Shown here: positions 9,123 to 16,597 of the stretch, in pieces
Layout: each line of letters starts with the position of its first letter
How positions within the stretch are numbered: the first letter of the stretch is position 1
Assembly (NCBI GenBank): GCA_963677445.2
Contig: CAXXGF010000007.1
Span: forward strand, 1-24,000
DNA: 24,000 nucleotides
Source of the DNA: Melioribacteraceae bacterium
GTDB taxonomy: Bacteria > Bacteroidota > Ignavibacteria > Ignavibacteriales > Melioribacteraceae
Direction: 5' to 3'
Made by a program: the position numbers and the translations under genes
The notes under the pieces: generated by a model
What the model was told of the DNA's origin: nothing
What the model saw: the letters and a program-made list of their open reading frames with translations, nothing else
Databases searched by the model: none

Positions 9123-10327
9123 TCTTCTTCCGGTTGAATTTCTTCGTTGAATATTTCTGGGAATTTAAATTTATATTTCTCTGTAAAGCCCTGAAGTATC
9201 TTTTTGAATAAATCTTTAGTGTCAGGCGTCATTGGTGATGGAGCAAACAAGGAATATTTGCCATGGCTTAGTAACTGTACCGCTCTGTGAAAAAGGACTT
9301 CATCCTCTAAACCATGAATCACTTCATCAATTTTATCATATCCAAAAAAGCTTACTGTTTTTTCCATAACCGTACGTAAACCATTAAAATGGTAGGTGTG
9401 AATAACCTCTGATTTAGCCACTCTGTCAAGTTCACTCAATAAAGCAACGTGGTGAAAAAATGGTGTGTCACCTGTGTCTTGTAACTTATAATCTTTCGAG
9501 CCGTTTGAATGAAGGAAAAATGTCTTGCGTTTCATTTTTAATTCATTATACATCACATTAAAAAAAAGGCTGTGGTGAGTCGACAAGACTACCTTTACTT
9601 TTCGTTCTCTTTCAACCTTCTTTTTCTCCCCAGCTTCCTCGATTTCTTTATATATCCCACTTTCCATAGTTGTAGCTAAACCACAGGCTAATGCAACCGT
9701 ATTATTTTCGTCTAATGAAGAAATTGGGTCATCAATGTATACGTACTTTACCCAATCGTAGCCTTCAGCACCATCAATTGCCAATTCATAAATGGCTAAG
9801 AAGAAACACCAGATAAATAGATTTTCTTCTCCTCTGGATATTTTAATATCTTCAACATTTTGTGCTACACCATCTACCAACTCTTCTCTCATAAATCTAA
9901 CCGCCCAGTATGTCTTGGGATTCTCTTCCCCGACCTCAGTAGGTTTCACGTAATTAAAATCGGTTACAAAGTTGAAGTCACTGTAATTATGAAGTATAGG
10001 CCGAATTTTATTGTCTATATCTAAATTCTCAATACCACCAAAAAATTTAGAATGCTTGTTCAGTAAAAGTACTCTATGTTCATCGCCATCTAAATCATTA
10101 TCCCAAGAGAATAAATCTTCAGTAAAAGCATTAAAATACAATGTGTCTCTTATACTGTCACCTTGTTTGCCTATTTCTTTAAACTCCATTGATAAACGAG
10201 TTTTTCCAATACCATTGTGTGCAAATAATAAAATAAGATTTTTTTTATTCTCATGATCACCTGCGAAAATTCTTCTAAAATGTGCAGCTATATTTAATAA
10301 ATTTTCAAAATTTCTTCTTGTACTCAA
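9119..10327 (-). CDS. prrC: PrrC-like anticodon nuclease: ABC/AAA_13-type NTPase N-domain plus putative ACNase C-domain
   Basis: It is 402 aa and embedded between hsdS and hsdM. It has Walker A (AHNGIGKT), an ABC-signature-like ISRGEE, Walker B/D-loop (YVYIDDPISSLD) and an H-loop (LSTHH). The C-terminus has NGLRTVME (R-x3-E) followed 33 residues later by LLSHG, which resembles the Arg-Glu-His triad spacing described for E. coli PrrC. It uses a TTG start 7 nt downstream of GGAGGG. Confidence 0.65.
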   Translation of the reverse strand: MSTRRNFENLLNIAAHFRRIFAGDHENKKNLILLFAHNGIGKTRLSMEFKEIGKQGDSIRDTLYFNAFTEDLFSWDNDLDGDEHRVLLLNKHSKFFGGIENLDIDNKIRPILHNYSDFNFVTDFNYVKPTEVGEENPKTYWAVRFMREELVDGVAQNVEDIKISRGEENLFIWCFFLAIYELAIDGAEGYDWVKYVYIDDPISSLDENNTVALACGLATTMESGIYKEIEEAGEKKKVERERKVKVVLSTHHSLFFNVMYNELKMKRKTFFLHSNGSKDYKLQDTGDTPFFHHVALLSELDRVAKSEVIHTYHFNGLRTVMEKTVSFFGYDKIDEVIHGLEDEVLFHRAVQLLSHGKYSLFAPSPMTPDTKDLFKKILQGFTEKYKFKFPEIFNEEIQPEEE

Positions 10328-10329
10328 TT

Positions 10330-11661
10330 TTATCCCTCCATTTTCGGAAACAACCCCTGCATCAAACCTTTTTTATGCTGCTGCAATTGCTCTATTTTTT
10401 CTGACTGTGCCGTGATTAACTCATCCAAAGCCGAAAGACAGGAGGCGATTTTTTGTTGTTCTTCAAGGCGCTTTGGAATAACCAAACAATATTCTTTTAG
10501 ATTTGAAATAGAGATTGCAGGTTGTGCACCAACTTTTTTAATTGCATCTAATTTTTGAGTTTGGTGATGAAACCAAAGTTGCTGCCATATAAAGTTTGTG
10601 GAAAACCTATTTTCATCAACTGTTATTTTCAAAGCGTTTCCTGACAAAATACCTTCTTCATGCTCCAATGGAAATATTGCACTTGCACCACATCTTGCAC
10701 CAATCTTTGCCATAACAATATCACCACCATTAACAGCACTCCTTTTTTCTTTTTCAAATTTTTCTTTTGTAACATATAAATAATCTTTAGCATGGAAGAT
10801 TCCATCAGTGACATATCCACTTGTTATAATTGGAATACCCTGCTTTTTATAATGAATGGTTTTTAAGTTCGAACCAAATGGACCATCAACAATTCCATAT
10901 TTTTTCCCAGGCGGAGTGACTTTTTTTAAAGCTATTGTTTTCCATTCCTCATCTTTTTTAAACTCCGAAAAACGGTAATTAGGCGCTTTCTGCCCTTCCT
11001 GCGGAAAAAGGTTTTGCATCAAGCCTTTTTTGTGGTCTTTGAGGGCTTGCAGCTTTTCATTATGTGCGGTTATCAGCTCATCCAAAAAAGAAAGACAGGA
11101 GGCTATTTTTTGTTGTTCTTTTTTAGTTGGAGGAATAATTAAATCATATTTTTCAAAGTCCTTTTGGTATAAATGGACTATTGAAGAACCACCTGACAAT
11201 TTTTGTAAGAATAATGTAAATCTTTGGCTCAAAAAAGTATAAAAAATGAATTTAGAATATTGATTTACTACTCTAATCCTAAAAATACCATTATTTAAAG
11301 TTGCTTTTCTGTTATTCAAGTTCTCAACATAAGCAACTTTTCCTATACTACCATCTTTTGTAATTAGAATGTCTCCCTCTTTTAAAATAATATTTTCATC
11401 TTGAATATACCTGCCATAACTAACGAATTTGGCATTTTCCCAATCTACCATGTTATTTTTAAAATCAGTACCAGTTATTAAAAAATAATCACCTTTATCC
11501 AAGTGTTCTTCTTTTCGTAAATTTTGCCATCCTATTCTGGCTTTCATTGAGGCAATACTTAGAATACCTGATCCCTCCCACTCTCCATCCTTCACAAACT
11601 CAGGAAAACGCAATGCGGGCAGCAAATTCTTTTCTTTATTCATTTCCAGTCTTTGTTTCAA
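10330..11661 (-). CDS. hsdS: Type I restriction-modification specificity subunit S (two target-recognition domains)
   Basis: Two variable TRDs are each followed by a near-identical conserved helix (QQKIASCLSFLDELITAHNEKLQALKDHKKGLMQNLFP and QQKIASCLSALDELITAQSEKIEQLQQHKKGLMQGLFP). The ORF-track start is a TTG at 11661. An ATG at 11643 is an alternative. Either start overlaps the upstream gene's end. Confidence 0.9.
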   Translation of the reverse strand: MKQRLEMNKEKNLLPALRFPEFVKDGEWEGSGILSIASMKARIGWQNLRKEEHLDKGDYFLITGTDFKNNMVDWENAKFVSYGRYIQDENIILKEGDILITKDGSIGKVAYVENLNNRKATLNNGIFRIRVVNQYSKFIFYTFLSQRFTLFLQKLSGGSSIVHLYQKDFEKYDLIIPPTKKEQQKIASCLSFLDELITAHNEKLQALKDHKKGLMQNLFPQEGQKAPNYRFSEFKKDEEWKTIALKKVTPPGKKYGIVDGPFGSNLKTIHYKKQGIPIITSGYVTDGIFHAKDYLYVTKEKFEKEKRSAVNGGDIVMAKIGARCGASAIFPLEHEEGILSGNALKITVDENRFSTNFIWQQLWFHHQTQKLDAIKKVGAQPAISISNLKEYCLVIPKRLEEQQKIASCLSALDELITAQSEKIEQLQQHKKGLMQGLFPKMEG

Positions 11662-12661
11662 TCAGTTTACGGTTATGGGCTGCTATCATATCAGCCAGTG
11701 CTTCTTCAGAAGGCAGCACCGTTTTATATTTGGAGGCAAATAGTTGTTTATTTTCCTGCAGTACGGAATATTTTACAATGGTTTCATCTTTTTCGGCGCA
11801 AAGGATAATGCCTATTGTGGGGTTATCACCTTCACCACGTTTTAACGCGTCAAACATGCGCACATACATATCCATTTGCCCAATATCGGCATGGTTGAGT
11901 TTCCTGGTTTTTAAATCAATCACCACAAAACATTTGAGCAGGTAATTATAAAACAACAGATCGATATAAAAATGAGCGCTTTCGGTGCTAATCCGCATTT
12001 GGCGATCCACAAAAGAAAAACCTTTCCCCAGTTCAAGTAAAAATTTTTGCAGGTTTTCGATGAGCGCCTTTTCCAAAACAGACTCTTTACCTGTGAGATT
12101 TTCCGGGACGTCTAAAAATTCAAGAATGTAAGGATCTTTGATAAAATCGGCAGGCTTGTATTTTTCTGTCTCCATTACCGTTTGGCTATCCTGTGAAGCA
12201 AGCAAACGATGATAGCAGCCGCTTTTGATATTTCGCTCCAACTGTCTGGAACTCCAATTTTGCGCTGACGCTTCTTTAATATAAAAATCCCTTTCTTCCG
12301 GCGTATTCAAACGCATAATTATGCGGATATTGGTCCAGCTCAGATTGGCTACGCACCGCGTATCCAATTGGTCATACTCGGGAAAGGTGATAAAAAACTG
12401 CCTGATATTCTTCAGGTTGGCCTCTGAAAAACCTTTCCCTAAAGTGTCGGACAAATATCTTGAAAGATTGGTGATTAAATATTCGCCATACCCGGCGCGG
12501 TTTTTCCCATGTTGTTCCTGTTCCACAATACGTTTGCCTATCTGCCAGTAAGTTTGCGCCATTACTGTATTAACTGCCCGGAAAGACTTGTTTCTGGCCT
12601 CTATCAGTAAATCACTGATATCAGCAAAAAACTTTTTGTCGATATTTAGATTTTTACTCAT
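11636..12661 (-). CDS. DUF1016 / YhcG-like PD-(D/E)xK nuclease-fold protein
   Basis: The N-terminal helical region (LIEARNKSFRAVNTVMAQTYWQIGKRIVE) and the C-terminal core (KDPYILEFL...LEKALIENLQKFLLELGKGFSFVDRQ...FYIDLLFYNYLLKCFVVIDLK...GQMDMYV...PTIGIILC) match the DUF1016 pattern with its E...D...(D/E)xK residues. The ATG at 12661 overlaps the hsdR stop by 8 nt. The ORF-track TTG at 12697 is an alternative start. Confidence 0.85.
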   Translation of the reverse strand: MSKNLNIDKKFFADISDLLIEARNKSFRAVNTVMAQTYWQIGKRIVEQEQHGKNRAGYGEYLITNLSRYLSDTLGKGFSEANLKNIRQFFITFPEYDQLDTRCVANLSWTNIRIIMRLNTPEERDFYIKEASAQNWSSRQLERNIKSGCYHRLLASQDSQTVMETEKYKPADFIKDPYILEFLDVPENLTGKESVLEKALIENLQKFLLELGKGFSFVDRQMRISTESAHFYIDLLFYNYLLKCFVVIDLKTRKLNHADIGQMDMYVRMFDALKRGEGDNPTIGIILCAEKDETIVKYSVLQENKQLFASKYKTVLPSEEALADMIAAHNRKLIETKTGNE

Positions 12662-15656
12662 AAGCTGCCAATCCTGATATTTCACCTCCACGGGCAAGTT
12701 TTTTTAATTGCGGAACCAAATCATTCATTAAAGCCGATTCGGCTTTGCTGCGTTGTTTCCAACCCAATTCCAGTGGTTCCATTAAGTCGGTAAGTTTTTC
12801 ACCGTCAAAAATCATCCGGTTCATTATTTGTTCGACAAAGTTTTTCAAGTCCGCAGTTGGCAAGCCGTGAGTATTGGCGATGGCAGCCAGCTCCTTGTTA
12901 TATTTCTCGACTTTAAAGATTTCAAAGTTTTGTTTCAGTTCATCCGCGGTTTGTCCTTTGCTCCAATCAACCTGCCTGATATAGTCGGTTAAGTCTTCCT
13001 CTTCCTCCATCAGGTTTGAATTGGATTTCAACAAACTAATTACCTGCGCTTTTGTCATTTTTTGTTTAGAAGGTTTTTTCTGGGTACTGTCGGCAATCAG
13101 GTTCATGATATAATCGTAATCAATTACCGCAGAAGCAAACAATACAAATTCAAAATCGAGCTGCTGGATTTCCTCCGGCGCGTCATCACCTTCTTTTTGC
13201 TGTATTTCTCTAAATTGTCTTGCAGTTTCTATGTATGAACTTCTGAATTCCTGCAATTTTTCTTTCGGTAAAATGGATTCAATGGTTGATTGTTGCTCTT
13301 CATCCAAATCGGTGTATTGGTCAAGCTGTGTTTTAAGTCGCTGCACTTCTTTAAAGTTTTTCACAAAAGCAATTTTGGCAGCATTACCGCGCAGGTTATA
13401 TACTTCCTGTGGTTCGTTTACCAGATTATGATCCCGCAAAAATTCACCTAACGCTTCAACAGCTTTTTGGTATTTGTCAATCACCACCGGAGCAGGATCA
13501 ACCATCCATATTTCTTTTGCCTTATCGCTATCCTCACCTGAAAAAAGAATAATTGCCTGGTTTACCGCTTCCTCCTGCGAGCGGAAATCAAGAATATTTC
13601 CATACGGTTTTGTATCGTTAAGAATCCGGTTGGTGCGTGAAAGCGCCTGTATCAATCCATGGAATTTCAGGTTTTTGTCCACGTATAAAGTATTCAGGTA
13701 TTTGGAGTCAAAACCTGTAAGCAGCATATCAACCACAATTGTCAGGTCAATCTTGTTATTACGCGGATAATCCTCATTGCTGTATTTCTGGTCTTTGATA
13801 CGTCTTTGTACATCCTGGTAATACAAATCAAATTCATTGATAGTATGATTAGCGCTGTATTGTTTATTGTAATCAGCAATAATTTCCATTAATGCGGCAT
13901 TTTTCTCTTCAGGATTCTGTTTGTTGTCTTCTTTTTCCTGGGCTAAATCTTCCTGAAGTTGTTTTATATCCGCCGCGTTTTTCTGACTTTGCTGGTCTCC
14001 ATTCTTCGCAATCAATTGGGCGGGAGGTGAAAAAACACTTACGATATTGAGCGGTTTAAATTCGGGGTTTTCCTTGAGTATTTTCTTTTGTATCTCTTTG
14101 AAAAGTCGATAGTATTCAATGGCATTATTGATTGATGCTGTCGCGAAAAGGGCATTGAATCTTCTATTGTTTGTTGCGGCGTTATGTTTTTCTATAATGG
14201 CTTCCACTACTGCCTGCTTTGCGAGAGCTTCGCCGGGTTTTGGATTCTGATTGCCTTTGCCTTTAAAATAATCCATGTGAAAACGCAGAACATTCTTGTC
14301 ATCTATCGCATGGGTAATTGTATAGGCGTGCAACTGTTTTTCAAATATCGCCTCAGTCGTATTATAGGTTTCGTATTGCTTTTCACGTATTTTATAAGTC
14401 GCGTTTTCATCAAAAATAGGCGTCCCGGTAAATCCAAAAAGCTGCGCATTCGGGAAGAACTCTTTTATTGCTTTATGATTTTCGCCAAACTGCGAACGAT
14501 GGCACTCGTCAAAAATAAAAACTACACGTTTATTGCTCAATGGCTCAAGACGTTCCTTAAAGTTATTTTTATGTGTGCCATCTAAGGCCAGTCCCAATTT
14601 CTGTATAGTAGTAACAATAACTTTATCGGCATAATCAGCAGAAAGCAACCGCCTTACCAAAGTTTCAGTATTGGTGTTTTCTTCGACGCTTCCTGCCTGA
14701 AACTTATTGAACTCCTCACGGGTTTGTCGGTCAAGGTCTTTACGGTCAACCACAAACAGACATTTTTCAATATCAGGATTGTCTTTTAACAGGGTAGATG
14801 CTTTGAAAGAAGTCAGTGTTTTACCACTTCCGGTAGTGTGCCAGATGTAGCCGTTTCCTCTGTTTTGGTGAATGCAATCAACTATAGCTTTAACCGCATA
14901 AATCTGATACGGTCGCATCACAAGTATTCTTTGTTCGCTTTCTACAAGCGCCATATACTTGCTAATCATTTCACCCAAAGTGCATTTTGATAAGAACTTT
15001 TTTGTGAAAGGTTCAAGGTGGCTTATCTTATTATTTTGCTCATCTGCTAATCTGTAAATCGGCAGGAATTGTTCATCTGCGTTGAATAAAAAATGCTGAT
15101 TTTTATTATTGGCAAAATAGAAAGTGTTGCTGCGGTTACTAACGATGAATAACTGCATGAAACACATCAATGTATTTCCATAGCCATTGCCGGGTTCGTT
15201 TTTATAATCCACTATTTGCTGCATGGCCTTTCGTGGAGAGATGTCAAGTTTCTTCAACTCAATCTGAACTATCGGCAAGCCGTTAATTAATAGAATGATG
15301 TCATAACGTTGATTGCTGTTTTCAGTGTTTATGCGTAACTGGCTGATTACCTCATACTCATTTTTACACCAATCTTTGATATTTACAAGGGTGTAATGTA
15401 AAGGTGTTCCATCTTCTCGTTGAAAATATTGTCTTTCCCGCAACATTTTTGAAGCAGCGAAAACATCGGGATTAATGATATCCTCCCGTAAACGTAAAAA
15501 CTCGCTTTCCGACAGTCGGACACGGTTTAACGCTTCAAATTTGGCTTTGAAGTTCTGTTCAAGCGATTTCCTGTCTGTAATATCAGGTCGATGAGTGTAT
15601 TTCAACTCTTTGAGCTGCCTGATTAGATTTTCTTCTATTTGATGTTCTTTTGCCAT
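12654..15656 (-). CDS. hsdR: Type I restriction enzyme, restriction/translocase subunit R
   Basis: It has an N-terminal PD-(D/E)xK nuclease motif (YDIILLINGLPIVQIELKK), SF2 helicase motif I (HTTGSGKTLTSF) and a DEAH-type motif II (FIFDECHRSQ), within a long 1000-aa architecture. Confidence 0.95.
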   Translation of the reverse strand: MAKEHQIEENLIRQLKELKYTHRPDITDRKSLEQNFKAKFEALNRVRLSESEFLRLREDIINPDVFAASKMLRERQYFQREDGTPLHYTLVNIKDWCKNEYEVISQLRINTENSNQRYDIILLINGLPIVQIELKKLDISPRKAMQQIVDYKNEPGNGYGNTLMCFMQLFIVSNRSNTFYFANNKNQHFLFNADEQFLPIYRLADEQNNKISHLEPFTKKFLSKCTLGEMISKYMALVESEQRILVMRPYQIYAVKAIVDCIHQNRGNGYIWHTTGSGKTLTSFKASTLLKDNPDIEKCLFVVDRKDLDRQTREEFNKFQAGSVEENTNTETLVRRLLSADYADKVIVTTIQKLGLALDGTHKNNFKERLEPLSNKRVVFIFDECHRSQFGENHKAIKEFFPNAQLFGFTGTPIFDENATYKIREKQYETYNTTEAIFEKQLHAYTITHAIDDKNVLRFHMDYFKGKGNQNPKPGEALAKQAVVEAIIEKHNAATNNRRFNALFATASINNAIEYYRLFKEIQKKILKENPEFKPLNIVSVFSPPAQLIAKNGDQQSQKNAADIKQLQEDLAQEKEDNKQNPEEKNAALMEIIADYNKQYSANHTINEFDLYYQDVQRRIKDQKYSNEDYPRNNKIDLTIVVDMLLTGFDSKYLNTLYVDKNLKFHGLIQALSRTNRILNDTKPYGNILDFRSQEEAVNQAIILFSGEDSDKAKEIWMVDPAPVVIDKYQKAVEALGEFLRDHNLVNEPQEVYNLRGNAAKIAFVKNFKEVQRLKTQLDQYTDLDEEQQSTIESILPKEKLQEFRSSYIETARQFREIQQKEGDDAPEEIQQLDFEFVLFASAVIDYDYIMNLIADSTQKKPSKQKMTKAQVISLLKSNSNLMEEEEDLTDYIRQVDWSKGQTADELKQNFEIFKVEKYNKELAAIANTHGLPTADLKNFVEQIMNRMIFDGEKLTDLMEPLELGWKQRSKAESALMNDLVPQLKKLARGGEISGLAAYE

Positions 15657-15663
15657 TCAAATA

Positions 15664-15927
15664 TTATTCGATTAATAAATCCTTTAGATTGAGATCCAGC
15701 TTAATTTATGAAACGAAAATAATGAATTTACTCTTTTTTTCTCGAAAAACAATATAAAAAGTGTTTGAATAATTATTAATTAGTGTGCTTAATGGTTAAT
15801 ATCTTGCAGGTTTTATAAGCGCCTGATACCATTTGTCAGCCTGCACTTCCGACCAATTCAGACAGGTATAATTCCAAATTTTAAAGAGATCATCAACAGC
15901 TTTTCTTGTGAAATAATATTCAGCCAT
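15664..15927 (-). pseudogene. parE: ParE-family toxin remnant with two in-frame TAA codons
   Basis: The start ATG overlaps the parD stop (ATGGCTGA). The N-terminal 43 codons, MAEYYFTRKAVDDLFKIWNYTCLNWSEVQADKWYQAL, fit ParE. The frame then hits TAA at 15796-15798 and again at 15706-15708. ParE-like remnants (FYIVFREKKSKFIIFVS, KLDLNLKDLLIE) continue in the same frame. The total of 88 codons is shorter than typical ParE, and this reading is not in the ORF track. Confidence 0.6.
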
Positions 15928-16171
15928 TCCTATTCATCATGGCTTTCAATTTTTCCATGTGTTTTTCAGCGTTAAAATCGGGCGCTGGTCCACTCTCTAT
16001 TCCTTCCCGGATAGCAAATTTTAACGAGGCGATCCTGTTTTCCTCTTCTTCCAGAAGGCGCAGCCCCGCCCTGATAACCTCACTCGCGTTTTTGTAACGG
16101 CCTTTAGAAATACTATCTTCTACAAAATTATTAAAATAGCTGCCTAATGATACTGAAGTATTTTTATTCAT
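15920..16171 (-). CDS. parD: ParD-family (RHH/CopG-type) antitoxin
   Basis: MNKNTSVSLGSYFNNFVEDSISKGRYKNASEVIRAGLRLLEEEENRIASLKFAIREGIESG is a close match to the ParD antitoxin pattern. The ATG at 16171 is preferred to the longer ORF-track start at 16225. Confidence 0.85.
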   Translation of the reverse strand: MNKNTSVSLGSYFNNFVEDSISKGRYKNASEVIRAGLRLLEEEENRIASLKFAIREGIESGPAPDFNAEKHMEKLKAMMNRNG

Positions 16172-16252
16172 AAACTGGCCGAGCCAGAAGTGAATAGTGG
16201 TTAGTGGAGAGATAAGAACCAGCAATTTTTCTTTAAGATAACTTCAAAATCC

Positions 16253-16387
16253 CAAAAAAGTCCCGTCAGGGATCCGCCGCGTCGGACAGGCTTTCAGATA
16301 ATAGCCCCGCAATTCATTGTGGGGAAATAAGTTAAGAAGTTGATCAAAAGTCCCGCCAGGGATTCTCCGCGGCGAACAGGCGGACAG
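16253..16387. repeat. Two ~35-40 bp direct repeats flanking a small hairpin, upstream of parD
   Basis: aaaagtcccgtcagggatccgccgcgtcggacagg (about 16256-16290) matches aaaagtcccgccagggattctccgcggcgaacagg (about 16346-16380). Between them lies the hairpin ccccgcaat-tc-attgtgggg (16305-16324). Confidence 0.6.
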
Positions 16388-16597
16388 TATTCCCCAGTAA
16401 ATTGATGGTCAAATAAAATTTTGCCATTTTGCGTTGAATTTGACTTCTTATGGAATAATCTTCTCTTTTTTCAAAAGATACCAATTATTGGTGTTAGTAT
16501 CAAGTTTTGCATTAATAATAATACTTACATCTCTTCTCCGCGGGTTTTTCAGCGGATTCAATAATTTGGAAAAAGGATCTCGGTCTTAGGACCTGTA

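Noticed and set aside
10330-11661. Phase-variable or shufflon-type hsdS.
   Set aside because: There is only one hsdS in the window and no inverted silent hsdS copy. There is no adjacent recombinase and no long simple-sequence tract in the gene. The internal repeat is the normal conserved-helix duplication.
15706-15798. In-frame TAA codons of parE as evidence of stop-codon reassignment or read-through.
   Set aside because: TAA clearly terminates well-supported genes in the same window (hsdS, the tricorn-like protease, mlaF, the amylase-family gene). The parE frame is also shortened and diverged, so a pseudogene is the simpler explanation.
16400-16590. A 45-codon open frame on the minus strand (DRDPFSKLLNPLKNPRRRDVSIIINAKLDTNTNNWYLLKKEKIIP*) that might be a PIN/VapC-like remnant.
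   Set aside because: It has no start codon and only a vague resemblance (DPF, TNN). I cannot support it without a profile search.
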